Source of the DNA: Candidatus Latescibacterota bacterium
GTDB lineage: Bacteria; Latescibacterota; CBDEFO01
Direction: 5' to 3'
Assembly (NCBI GenBank): GCA_965248755.1
Contig: OZ252149.1
Location: forward strand, 1,664,001-1,728,000
Length of the DNA stretch: 64,000 bases
Below, piece by piece: positions 29,893 through 39,773 of this stretch. A program made the position numbers and the translations under genes. The stretch's first letter is position 1. Every line of letters starts with the position of its first letter. The notes beneath the pieces were generated by a model that searched no databases, was not told the DNA's origin, and worked only from the letters and a program-made list of their open reading frames with translations.

Positions 29893-31284
29893 CTACTGTC
29901 TACTTGTTCGGGAGGGATCCTGACATACGTTCATAAACGTGGCAGCAAAGTTGAAATGATCATCGCGCTCATCTGTATGACAGAAAAGACAGGCGCTCTC
30001 TTTGACAGTCCGGGAGCGCATCTGCTCTATGTCCCCCTCCAGGTGCTGGCTCCCGGCGCCGTGACACGATTCGCACTGGACGTCTTTGAGATTCCCCACT
30101 TGATTGGGATGCCAGAAACCTCCACTTGTAAGGTAGCCGACAGTGTGACAGCCGATGCATTCGGGGTCCAACTCCTGACCTGCCTTTTGCAGGGTCTGAT
30201 AAGCGCGTGCATGCGGGGTCGACAGCCAGAACTCGTACCTGCCCTCGTGACACATCCGACACTCAAGATCGCTCACGAACCTGAGACCCTCCACCTCCAC
30301 TGCATCCTTGTCTGTTATTAATCTGGCCCGCTCTATCTGACGAATCTCGGTCTTGTACTGATCTACCATGGCCTGTATTTTCGGATAGCTCTTGATCTTT
30401 TTGTCCAGAGCGGTCAGAGTGTGTATGTAACCGTAGCTCCCAAGGGTTCTGCGATTTGGGAAAGCGGGATCTTGCAGGATCAGTTCCAACTGTCCTATAT
30501 ACTTGCCCTGTGCACCTGCGTGTAAGGGCAACACTCCGTTGTACTCGGAAGGATTCCGAATGGGCTTGCTGTCAGACCCTCCGATAATGATGTCGATTCC
30601 AGGGACCTTGTACGCCAGTCTGACCGTCACTTCTTGCCTTAAATCCACCAAGGCGACAATGAAATCGCACGTCCCCCTGAGTAATTGGACCGTTTGTCTT
30701 GCAGCATCTATGGGGTCCTCAATTACAAGACCGTCTTCCATCTTTTGGATATATGAAAATTCATCCTCCAAAAGGCCGAAGATGCCGAATTTTATGCCAT
30801 TTACGGTCTTGATCAAATAAGGCTCGAAAAGGGGCTCTTTTGAATCCTTTTGTACCAGGTTTGCTGATACTAAGGGCAAAGATTCTGCACCATCAGCCTC
30901 AGCTAAAAAAGAGACTCCCTCAGCCAGATCAAGAAGACCCACGTTAACTGCATCGTATCCCATATCGAGGTAAGTCCGTTTGATCACAGCCGCCTTCTTT
31001 AACCACTGCTCCTGAAGATGGTCAGGGATGAGGAAATTTTGAAACAGCGCTCCCCCAGCATCCACGAGCAATAAAGACACGCTAACGGATCTCAGGCTGT
31101 CTATGAAAGTGGCTCGCCTGGCAAGACCGCCAAGCGGTGCTTTCTTTCACCCACAGGGTTCTAACTCTCCCTTGCCCTGCGTGGTGTAGAGCAGGCTCAG
31201 CTTACTCAGCGTCTGTCCCCGTGCAGAAAAAGCGGGCAATAGGCTCCCTACAAGCAGTAACATAATGAGGATACATCTCTTCAT
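29893..31284 (-). CDS. Putative selenoprotein: signal peptide + UshA/5'-nucleotidase-like domain + tetraheme cytochrome c domain (463 aa, Sec at codon 46)
   Basis: ATG 31284 MKRCILIMLLLVGSLLPAFSA..GELEPCG-TGA(31147-31149)-KKAPLGGLARRAT..LLVDAG, in frame with ORF 29893..31080; CRMCH, CIGCH, CESCH, CLFCH. Confidence 0.85.
31115..31136 (-). promoter_or_regulatory. Candidate bacterial SECIS hairpin
   Basis: CGCTTGGC-GGTCTT-GCCAGGCG: 8-bp stem with a G-first loop beginning 18 nt after the TGA. Confidence 0.7.
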
Positions 31285-31424
31285 ATCCAAGTCCCTTCAG
31301 GGGAAGACACGCACGTCTGCCCTGAGAATACCGGCGAACCCTTCCCAGATTGTTGCCACACCTCTCTGTCCGCTGCCCTCATGGGTTCGCTCTTACTGGT
31401 CTATACTGATTTTCATCCTCCAGC

Positions 31425-31883
31425 TTAGGACAGCTTTTCAAGAACTTTTTCGGTATGTCCGTCCACCCGTACTCTTCTGAATATGTGCTCTATATTCCCC
31501 TCTTTTCCAATGATGAACGTGCTCCGCTCTATGCCCATGCTTTTCTTGCCGTACATTGTCCTTTCTTTGTAGACCCCGTAGGCATCTGCAACTACCTTGT
31601 CCGGGTCGGAAAGCAAGGTAAATGGGAGGTTATACTTCTTCGCAAAGTTGCTGTGGGCATCCACCCCATCCGGGCTGATCCCCAAAATCACCGCTCCTTT
31701 GGACTCTATGGGCTCTAAATTGTCTCTGAACGAGCAGGCCTCCTTCGTGCATCCCGGAGTATCGTCTTTAGGATAGAAGTAGAGCACTACCGTGGATTTG
31801 TCCTGAAAGCCCTTCAGAGAGACCTCTTTATTGTCCCCAGACATCAACGTAAAATCAGGAGCCTTGTCTCCTACTTCAAGCAT
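31425..31883 (-). CDS. bcp: Peroxiredoxin Bcp/PrxQ
   Basis: YFYPKDDTPGCTKEAC; start at ATG 31883 after GGAGG. Confidence 0.95.
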   Translation of the reverse strand: MLEVGDKAPDFTLMSGDNKEVSLKGFQDKSTVVLYFYPKDDTPGCTKEACSFRDNLEPIESKGAVILGISPDGVDAHSNFAKKYNLPFTLLSDPDKVVADAYGVYKERTMYGKKSMGIERSTFIIGKEGNIEHIFRRVRVDGHTEKVLEKLS

Positions 31884-32011
31884 TTTTAACCGCCTCCAAT
31901 CTTCAATCAAATACCGGGTCAAGATAGTCTGAACAAGGTTTTAGAGATTCAAAATTGTAGTCTGAATACAGGAGTTGATGTACTCTTTTCTTCTGACTGA
32001 TCGCTATTTTT

Positions 32012-32844
32012 TTATGCGTTCTTTTTCAACTCCTCCAAAAGGTCTATCGCAGACAGGATATCCTTTATCTGCTGTTCTCCTGTGATTTCCCTTTCGATAG
32101 TTATAGGACCTTCATATCCTATCTCCTTGAGTTTTGCGATAAACCTGTCCATCCCGACGTCGCCCTCGCCTATGGGATACTCCGTCCCCAATTCGCCCTC
32201 CTTTTGAGGCCACTTTCCGTCCTTGGCGTGCACGCTTACCACGTAATCCTTCACCATATCCAGAGCCTCAAGCGGGTCTCCCGATCCGTATAGGACCATA
32301 TTCCCAGGATCGAAGTTCACCTTCAGATTATGTCTGTCCACATCCTTTATGAACCTTAGGAGCACAAGAGCCGCCTCCTGGCCCGTCTCGAGGCAGAAAT
32401 CCTGCCCGTTAGCCGCGCAGTGATCCGCAAGTTTTCTTACTGCCTCGACCATAGGCATATAGTTGGAATCGTTCTTATCTTCTGGTATGAAGCCAATATG
32501 GGCCGCTATCTTATCTATGCCCAATTCCTTCGCTAGATCCGAAACCCTGAATGATATTTGGAGGCGCTCATCCCTGAACTTGGGATTTAGAAAACCGACC
32601 ATCTCTCTGATTGTCAGAATATCAGAGTAACTTTCCCCTTTAAAATGCAGAAACATAGTCGTGATCGTAACTCCCGAATCATTTATAGTCCGGATAAGTT
32701 CCTCTTTCTTCTCCCCTCTATAGAACTCGTCAGGCGGACACAAAACCTGCACATTCGTAAGACCCATCCTCTCTTTGACTCTGTTCAGATTTCCGCAGGA
32801 TCGTCTCCTAAACTTATAATTGTGCCGATTGCCATCTTTTCCAC
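32012..32844 (-). pseudogene. Sugar phosphate isomerase/epimerase (xylose-isomerase-like TIM barrel) with a 1-nt frameshift near 32791
   Basis: LETGQE, NFDPGN, HAKDG, IERE; GTG 32844 MEKMAIGTIISLGDDPAE joins NLNRVKERMGL if one A is added. Confidence 0.65.
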
Positions 32845-32913
32845 AGATCGCTTCCTTTTCTACTGAAGCTCTGATGAAGCTCTGAACTAATCATGCTGTC
32901 TGTAATGGTCCTC

Positions 32914-33398
32914 CTAAACTCTTTCCGAGGAGAAGAACATCCTTCCAAAGTATCGAGGAACGTGAAAATTGGGCCCAGCCGTGTCCCCTGGAGACCACAT
33001 GCTGTATTGCTGATTTTCAACTCCGCCGCATCTGTTCAATCCTACTCTCCATTCGTCCCCATCTTCAGGGGGAATATGAGGAGCATCCCTCTTATAGTTG
33101 AACAGAGGGACCGCAAGCTCAATAGTCCAGAAGCGGTCGTCGGGAGATTCATCTTTGGTTGGGCCTTCCACAGAGTGACCTAACAGGACACCCTGGGGAT
33201 TCTACCATAACTGCTCCCCAAAGAGCCAGTCCACGACGATCTGATTCAATCTCGTTCCTACGCAGTTTATCTCAAAAGTATAATAATTCTCCACGTTCCC
33301 GGAATCGGGACTTATAAAGATCTCGACGCAATCGTCCCTATATACAGGGCCATTTCTCTCTGTCGCGTAAGCCGATATATGTCTGTCATAGCAATAAT
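32914..33398 (-). pseudogene. 3' part of CBM9-like gene interrupted by IS1380 unit; also has an internal TAG at 33202-33204
   Basis: CYDRHISAYATERNGPVYRDDCVEIFISP..FEINC..W*NPQG..WTIELAVP..FHVPRYFG. Confidence 0.88.
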
Positions 33399-35345
33399 CC
33401 CGGATGACATCGAGTATCTGTGCTGCAAGTGTCTCGGGACTGACGCCAGCTTATCTTTGATGGGCATAGATCCCGACAATGCCCATGAGATTCCGGCGTT
33501 ATCCAGGCTGGCCAACATCATAAAAGATTATGAAACCCTGCGCCTCTCGAACTATTTTCCAGAATCGGTTAAGGCCAAGCTGAGGGCACCGGGCGAGGAG
33601 TTTACGCTGATGCGGAGTCCACGCGGAAAATACCAGTTCCAGCGCGTTCAGTACGCCAAGCACAAAGTGGAGTGTATGGACATGTGGAGCAACGCCTGGA
33701 AGACCTATAATAGATTCGACCGACATTCCCCATATCACATTCATGAGGGATTATATTTCGATACATTCTTGTTTCTGAATTAATATTACCACTTTTACAT
33801 TTTTCAACAAGTACTTTTTTCAATTAAAATAGTATTTTCCTCTGAATTATCACTTTCTTTGTGTTTAAATCCTCCAATTAGAGACACCTCTCCATCGACT
33901 CACAAAAAAATGTGGCAGTTTAAACAGAATAACATCGCAATCGTTCAATCCGGGATAATATTTCGGCAAATAACCTCTTGTCTATCCCAACCTCAGCCAT
34001 TTGAAACGTAATATATCCGCTGTGTCTGACAATCTTCGCTCCGATTTTGATAAATTTCACGAGGAGGCTGCGTAGTGACCAGTGTTTGATTTTCTTCGGA
34101 AGAACAAAACGTCGCAGGAAGTTGCCCAAGTTGTAAGCCAGAACAAACAGCCAGAGCCTCACCTGATTGGAGACGAAACGCTTGCATGAGAGTCGGGTCC
34201 AGTTCAGAGCATACTTGCCCTCCTTAATCCACTGCTCAGCTCTGCCACGGCCATTGTAGAAGTGTACCACGCCTTCTGGCTTGGCGCTCATGTTGGTCAC
34301 GATAAATCCCACTCTTGGGAATAACTCCCCTTGGTGCCATTCAACCTTGGCGACCACTCGCCTCGATTGATCCCAACTGGCCGCTTTATATTGAAATTCA
34401 TATAACGATACAATCGGTTTCCTCGGCGGTCGTCCAACTGGCCGAGTCAGCAGGTATCGTATCTTTTCATAGAGTATCTCATTTGCGGGAAACCGAATGG
34501 CATACAAATAGCCGTTTCCCTCCAGATAATCATAAATCTCAGGCTTTGCGAATGCAGCATCGCCTCGAAAGTATTTCCTATTCTTCTTGCTCTCGTATCT
34601 CTTGACGATCGGTTCCAGAACTTCCTTCCAACGATCAGCACTGTGAACATTACCAGAGCGAAGTAGGACTCCTTCACAATCCCCGAACTGATTGAAGCAG
34701 AACACTGGATGAAAACAGGTACATCCGAAATGACCGTTGTAAGCTGATCCTTCCTGCTGGCCATGTACCGGACTCTCCGAACTGTCCATGTCCAGAATGA
34801 TTCGTTGATGCTGTGTTTTACTCATCGCTTTTTGAACCCACTTGCCATTGATATCTGACAAGTTTCTGAGATTGTCATGCTGAGTCAGTATATCAGTTTC
34901 AAAACGTCCTATCGTGTTGGAGCTGGCAGCTTGCCTGCCTTTGTCCTTCTTTCCGGTAATCGCTCGCATGACGGGATCAACGGATAATCGCTCGGCGTCA
35001 TTTACATCTTCATATCCTGCAAGACGGCTGTATATCGATTGACGCAGGAGAGTAGATATATCATGTTGGATATTACGGCCTGTGCGTTTATCGGTAAAAA
35101 CCGCTGATACCGAATCAAATAATCCCAGTGCGTAATCAAGGTCACGATACGCAAGAAGTCCACCGTTTGATGTCACCTTTGCACCATGAAATTCAAGCTT
35201 TATTCCTCCATCAAAACCTACTTTCATTCTTTCACCCTCTGGATGATCAATATTTATCCGCCATTTATGAGTCTTATTTATTGTAATATAACATGTTCTG
35301 GCGACTTTGACAACCATTTTTCGGGTCTAATATGGCGAATGGGGG
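33399..35345 (-). mobile_element. IS1380-family transposition unit: IS proper 33720..35345 plus 321-bp passenger 33399..33719
   Basis: IRs CCCCCATTCGCCATAT (35330-35345, minus) and CCGACATTCCCCATAT (33720-33735), 13/16 match; ATAAT duplication at 33394-33398 and 35346-35350. Confidence 0.88.
33920..35317 (-). CDS. IS1380-family DDE transposase
   Basis: TSNGGLL, GYEDVNDA, LDMDSSESPVHGQQEG, RGDAAF, YNGRGRAEQWIKEGK; true start may be slightly downstream. Confidence 0.95.
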   Translation of the reverse strand: MVVKVARTCYITINKTHKWRINIDHPEGERMKVGFDGGIKLEFHGAKVTSNGGLLAYRDLDYALGLFDSVSAVFTDKRTGRNIQHDISTLLRQSIYSRLAGYEDVNDAERLSVDPVMRAITGKKDKGRQAASSNTIGRFETDILTQHDNLRNLSDINGKWVQKAMSKTQHQRIILDMDSSESPVHGQQEGSAYNGHFGCTCFHPVFCFNQFGDCEGVLLRSGNVHSADRWKEVLEPIVKRYESKKNRKYFRGDAAFAKPEIYDYLEGNGYLYAIRFPANEILYEKIRYLLTRPVGRPPRKPIVSLYEFQYKAASWDQSRRVVAKVEWHQGELFPRVGFIVTNMSAKPEGVVHFYNGRGRAEQWIKEGKYALNWTRLSCKRFVSNQVRLWLFVLAYNLGNFLRRFVLPKKIKHWSLRSLLVKFIKIGAKIVRHSGYITFQMAEVGIDKRLFAEILSRIERLRCYSV

Positions 35346-35543
35346 ATAATAACTCACGTATAGATACTCATCGTCCCATAAGAGCTTTGTTACGGTCTGT
35401 TCCTTTTCACCTTGCTTATGCCAGGGAAACTTAAAGTCCCCCACGCTCTTGCAAGCCTTCCAATCCTCTTCATCCAGGACGCCGTCTATTCTTATTGGGG
35501 CGTTCGCTCTTTTTATCACATATTTGGTAAGATCGTTACCCAT
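35346..35543 (-). pseudogene. 5' part of the IS-interrupted CBM9-like gene
   Basis: MGNDLTKYVIKRANAPIRIDGVLDEEDW..KLLWDDEYLYVSYY joins in frame to CYDRH at 33393. Confidence 0.88.
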
Positions 35544-35605
35544 AGTTGTCTTTGCTTTTCCCTATCTAGCATTGTGCTTTGGACTGTTGATGTCCGCTAC
35601 GCTCC

Positions 35606-36031
35606 TTAAACATCCACAACGCAACCTATTTTGTACTCTCCATCGTTTTTTTCAAACACGAACCCGCAGTGCGTGGCAGCTTTTACTTCGCTTCTGAACT
35701 CGCCTTTTTCCCTGTTCATCTTCCCACTGTAAGACGTGCCCCCCAACCTCCAACCGTCCTCTACCTCCTCAATCACCCACACGTCTACACTCGCCAAGAA
35801 TACTCCTTCTATATCCCTCCAGGCTAAAAGATCATTTATCATATCCACAAAGAGTGCTTCTAAATCGACGCTTCTGCACTCGAAATCCATCTCCCTGTCC
35901 ACATCTATACCTTCAACATCAGCCATCAACTCCAGCACACCTTTAGCCCCTTCCTCATACGCCTCCTCTAATGTCTTTCCTGTTCCTATTACTCCCACAT
36001 CTGCTTCGTGGTCAAAATATTCAAATGTCAT
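35606..36031 (-). CDS. Archease
   Basis: FEYFDHEADVG, EVKAATH, C-terminal VVDV. Confidence 0.9.
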   Translation of the reverse strand: MTFEYFDHEADVGVIGTGKTLEEAYEEGAKGVLELMADVEGIDVDREMDFECRSVDLEALFVDMINDLLAWRDIEGVFLASVDVWVIEEVEDGWRLGGTSYSGKMNREKGEFRSEVKAATHCGFVFEKNDGEYKIGCVVDV

Positions 36032-36046
36032 AAAAGACCCCTACAT

Positions 36047-36067
36047 CCCCGATAGATTCAATCGAGG
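36047..36067. repeat. Dispersed 21-bp palindrome, copy 4 (variant)
   Basis: CCCCGATAGATTCAATCGAGG. Confidence 0.8.
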
Positions 36068-36167
36068 ACTATTTCAAATCTCGGAGAGCCTGTCTTTTCA
36101 CCTTATAGATGCATAATTTAACACCTACGACTTCCTTATCTTCGGCCCTTTTTCCCTCCATCTTGCT

Positions 36168-36530
36168 TTAGCTCTCTGCTACGACCGGCGTTCCTACGCA
36201 GTCTCCCCACACGTTAATGAAGTCCTGCACTTATGCATACGCGATCTACAGCTAATATGATGCCTATCCCTTCCAGCGGGAGTCCCACGGATTTAAGCAC
36301 GATAGCCATAGTCTCTAGATTCCTGATATCCCCTAAGCTGGAACCTCCCGTGATCATAGACGCCAGGATCACAGACATAATGATCATCTTCAAAAGCCTT
36401 ATGAAGACAGTTCCCGTAATAGCTAAAACCCCCTCTACAGGCCCTTTCTAAAAGTCACCCAAAAAGAGGATCAAACCCCACGGATCCCCGAGAATATGCC
36501 GATAAGAATTTTGTTTGAAAGGCTCAAAAC
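36168..36530 (-). pseudogene. Internally deleted dicarboxylate/amino acid:cation symporter (GltP-like) remnant
   Basis: GTVFIRLLKMII..SLGDIRNL fused directly to TMAIVLKSVGLPLEGIGIILAVDR..NVWGD. Confidence 0.8.
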
Positions 36531-36617
36531 AACATAATGAAAAATACTCATCCTGATGGATGAGCATGGACAGATGAATTGATCAAGCTACAAAACTATA
36601 TCTTTACTTGTTTTAGT

Positions 36618-37478
36618 TTAGCTCTCCACATAAGGTCTGAGGTTTTTAGACCTGACCGGATGTCGCAGTCTATTTAACGCTCGCTCCTTTATCTGCCTTA
36701 CCCTTTCTCTTGTCAACCCATAAAGTTCGCCTATTTGATCCAAAGTCAGTGGCTCTATGTCGCCCAGACCGAAATAGAGCCTTATGATCTCCGCCTCTCG
36801 CTCCTCTAAGGTGTCTAGAACTTCCGCTAAATCCTGAGCCAGACAGTTCCCCATCAAAAGAGCATCTGGAAGTTCCTGTGTCTCGTCCTCTAACACATCC
36901 ATCAAGATCCTCTCGTCGTCACCTCCGAACGATGCATCTAAGGAGTAAGCCCTCAGAGCACTTGTCAGGACATCCTCTATCTGCTTTTCCGGGATATTCA
37001 ACTCCTGAGCTATCTCCCCTATGTCCACCTTCCCATTCATCTCCTGCTGAAGTAGACTGGAGGTGTTGAAGATCTTAGACAACAGGCCTACCTTATTCAA
37101 AGGCATCCTGACTATCCTGGTCTGCTCTGCCAAGGCACCCAATATTGCCTGACGTACCCACCATACAGCGTAAGAGATGAACTTAAAGCCCTTATTACCA
37201 TCGAACCTTTCCGCTGCCGTAATCAGCCCTACATTTCCCTCATTGATAAGGTCTGCCAGAGATATCCCTTGATTCTGATAATGCATGGCAACATTCACCA
37301 CGAATCTCAAGTTTGCCTGTACGAGCCTGTTTCTTGCCTTCGTATCCCCATTTCTTATACTTGTCGCTATATCCCGCTCTTCACCCGAAGATAGAGGTTC
37401 ACAATTTCTGATCTCCTCAAGATACTTCTCGAGCGATCTATCCCCGTCGGACACCAAAATGCTAAACGTGGAGCTCAA
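36618..37478 (-). CDS. RNA polymerase sigma-70 factor, RpoD/SigA family (no region 1.1)
   Basis: NLRFVV, DLINEGNVGL, FISYAVWWVRQ, LTRERVRQIKE. Confidence 0.93.
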   Translation of the reverse strand: MSSTFSILVSDGDRSLEKYLEEIRNCEPLSSGEERDIATSIRNGDTKARNRLVQANLRFVVNVAMHYQNQGISLADLINEGNVGLITAAERFDGNKGFKFISYAVWWVRQAILGALAEQTRIVRMPLNKVGLLSKIFNTSSLLQQEMNGKVDIGEIAQELNIPEKQIEDVLTSALRAYSLDASFGGDDERILMDVLEDETQELPDALLMGNCLAQDLAEVLDTLEEREAEIIRLYFGLGDIEPLTLDQIGELYGLTRERVRQIKERALNRLRHPVRSKNLRPYVES

Positions 37479-37503
37479 GGATTCTGCCCTCTCTTCGGTT
37501 AGC

Positions 37504-37524
37504 CCCCGATAGATTCAATCGTGG
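37504..37524. repeat. Dispersed 21-bp palindrome, copy 5 (variant)
   Basis: CCCCGATAGATTCAATCGTGG. Confidence 0.75.
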
Positions 37525-37611
37525 GTAGGCAGGGAACACTTCCTATTTTTCCCAAGAAGTTCCTTCGATACTCCGTAGGATACCCTTTCGCGGCCTTTGA
37601 TAGAGCCTCAT

Positions 37612-39759
37612 CTATTTGACGTTCACAATCGCCCTGCCTGCACCTATATTACCCAGTGAATCGCTCACTTTCACCACTATCGTATGCTCACCTGCTGACG
37701 ATTCACCTATGGTGAAGGAGAAGGCCTCCACCTTTGAATCAAATATACGATCTTGGGGAAAGAACACTACCCATTGGCCAGAATCTATAGAATATTCTCC
37801 CTTTACCACCGGACTGGTCGCATCCACTACCTGGCCCTTCACAGAGATCGTCCCATCTTCCAAGCTCTGAGCCTTCAAATGCTCCACCCAAGGGGGTGTG
37901 TTGTCTATTTCAAAAGGATCACTTATACCCTCAGACAAAAGGGCCATATCCTCAGGATTACTCGGTCTATCCGAAGCCAGGACCTTAATTAAGGTCGTCC
38001 CATCCGGCACCGATTCTGTATCCCAGATATAGAAAGGTGGTTTCAGATCCTCCTTTAGAACCTTCCAATCCTTTTCTTCTGCGCCCTTGAAGAAAAGGTC
38101 ATACACCAAGGCATCATCGTTGGGGTCGTGGGCCTGCCACTTTATCATCCATAAGCTATTCTTCATAGTCAGGGGTTTTGGCGAACCCGGAGGACCCTGT
38201 CTCAGGGCCTCAGGGGCACCTGGCTGACTTTGTCCCATTTTGGCGTTGCCCGGCCGTCCGCCCCCCTTACCCCTGTAGGGATACAGTTGCACACTCTGCA
38301 GTTGGGGCACTAAGTTCTCTTGAAGTCCTGCTAACGAGACCTCTCCCAAAAGGGGGGTTTTAGATTTATCCGAAGTGGTCAGCGTAGCTCTATACTGGAG
38401 AAATCTCCCGGGGGGACTCGAAATCTGATCTCCGTTCTTCTTGATATTCGACCAATCGCTCCACGTATCGTCCACCTCTTTCACATTCCCCGACCTTGTT
38501 TGAAACTGGGCCTTTGTACCTTTGGGGAATACCCCCCTCCAGGTCATTCTCCCCCACGATGAATTGATCGAGAAGTCGTGAACATCCGATTCAAACGTCC
38601 CTTCTTTTGAATAGCCAGGACTCAGCTTGTAGACCGATCCCGAACCGCTCGTCCCCACAAAGACTTCGCCCTCAATTCCCCGAAAGAGCACAGACGGCTT
38701 GGCATCCTTCAACCTGGTCACTGTACTCCACCTGCCGTCGGGCATCACCCGGTATATGTACCCTTCGTCCCCCGTGCTTACTAAAATTCCACCCTCGTCC
38801 TCATCGCGGAGCATAGACAAGAGCAGTGGCTGATCGCTCTTCCACAACCTTGCTGACGCCCCTGAAGGATATATCTTATAGAGGGAACATCCCTCCATGC
38901 CAGATCGTCTGGCTGATGCTTGAGGCACTTGAAGAGGCACATTTGGATGCGCTTCTCTTGGATTTCCCTTTCCGGGAATGGCCCCGGCGTATAGAATTCC
39001 GCCATCACCTAGGGCCAGTGAGTGAATCTCCTTCTCATCCGCGTCAAAGAGCACCCTTACGTCGCCGTCCTCCGAGATTCTATACACCACACCGTCGCCT
39101 TCAGTCCCTGCGTAGAGCCATCCGTTGCCATCACTTATAAGGCACATAACGTGCCCGTCCGGCGGATCATAGACATCCTCAACCTTCCCATCTGTTGAAA
39201 TCCTGATCACCTTCCCCCCACCGCCTGTTCCTGCAAAGAGTTGGCCCTTTGAACCCAGGACCAAAGCCCAGATGTAGGTTTCCCCTGTAGAGCACAGCGT
39301 GGAAGTCTCCCCATCAGGTCCGATCCTATATACAATTCCGTCCGGCGAAGACCCCGCATAGATGTTCCCCTCGCTATCCACAGCTAAACTGTGAATCCCC
39401 ACCTCAGGCGAATCAAACACCAGGACAGCCTCCCCACCTGGTGAAACCTTAAACACCTTGCCTTCGTTTCCTGTCCCCACATATAGCATACCATCCTTCC
39501 CATAAGCCAAGCACCAGACGTGCTCCTGTCCCATATCTGCCACCTCATCAAAATCCGGAGCTATCTTCAATTTCCCGTCGCTTGTGATCGTCACATTCTC
39601 CGGTTTTCCCTTCTGGAATGTCCCCTGCGTATTATCCTTCCATATAATCGGGGTCACAGCTTCCGCCCGATACACATGCCCTGCTGTAATGAAGGTCAAA
39701 AGCGACATTACCGAAAGATAAACAATGTCATTTCGAGCAAAGTGAAGCAACCTCAACAT
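37612..39759 (-). CDS. Secreted beta-propeller repeat protein with C-terminal Ig/FN3-like domains
   Basis: Repeated G.LY(V/A)GT..G.V..I..DG blades; signal-like N-terminus; partner of the S55 peptidase gene. Confidence 0.7.
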   Translation of the reverse strand: MLRLLHFARNDIVYLSVMSLLTFITAGHVYRAEAVTPIIWKDNTQGTFQKGKPENVTITSDGKLKIAPDFDEVADMGQEHVWCLAYGKDGMLYVGTGNEGKVFKVSPGGEAVLVFDSPEVGIHSLAVDSEGNIYAGSSPDGIVYRIGPDGETSTLCSTGETYIWALVLGSKGQLFAGTGGGGKVIRISTDGKVEDVYDPPDGHVMCLISDGNGWLYAGTEGDGVVYRISEDGDVRVLFDADEKEIHSLALGDGGILYAGAIPGKGNPREAHPNVPLQVPQASARRSGMEGCSLYKIYPSGASARLWKSDQPLLLSMLRDEDEGGILVSTGDEGYIYRVMPDGRWSTVTRLKDAKPSVLFRGIEGEVFVGTSGSGSVYKLSPGYSKEGTFESDVHDFSINSSWGRMTWRGVFPKGTKAQFQTRSGNVKEVDDTWSDWSNIKKNGDQISSPPGRFLQYRATLTTSDKSKTPLLGEVSLAGLQENLVPQLQSVQLYPYRGKGGGRPGNAKMGQSQPGAPEALRQGPPGSPKPLTMKNSLWMIKWQAHDPNDDALVYDLFFKGAEEKDWKVLKEDLKPPFYIWDTESVPDGTTLIKVLASDRPSNPEDMALLSEGISDPFEIDNTPPWVEHLKAQSLEDGTISVKGQVVDATSPVVKGEYSIDSGQWVVFFPQDRIFDSKVEAFSFTIGESSAGEHTIVVKVSDSLGNIGAGRAIVNVK

Positions 39760-39773
39760 ATATAACCTCCAGA

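Noticed and set aside
33379..33783. 134-aa ORF as a genuine gene
   Set aside because: It is a chimera spanning host antisense sequence, the captured passenger and the IS end
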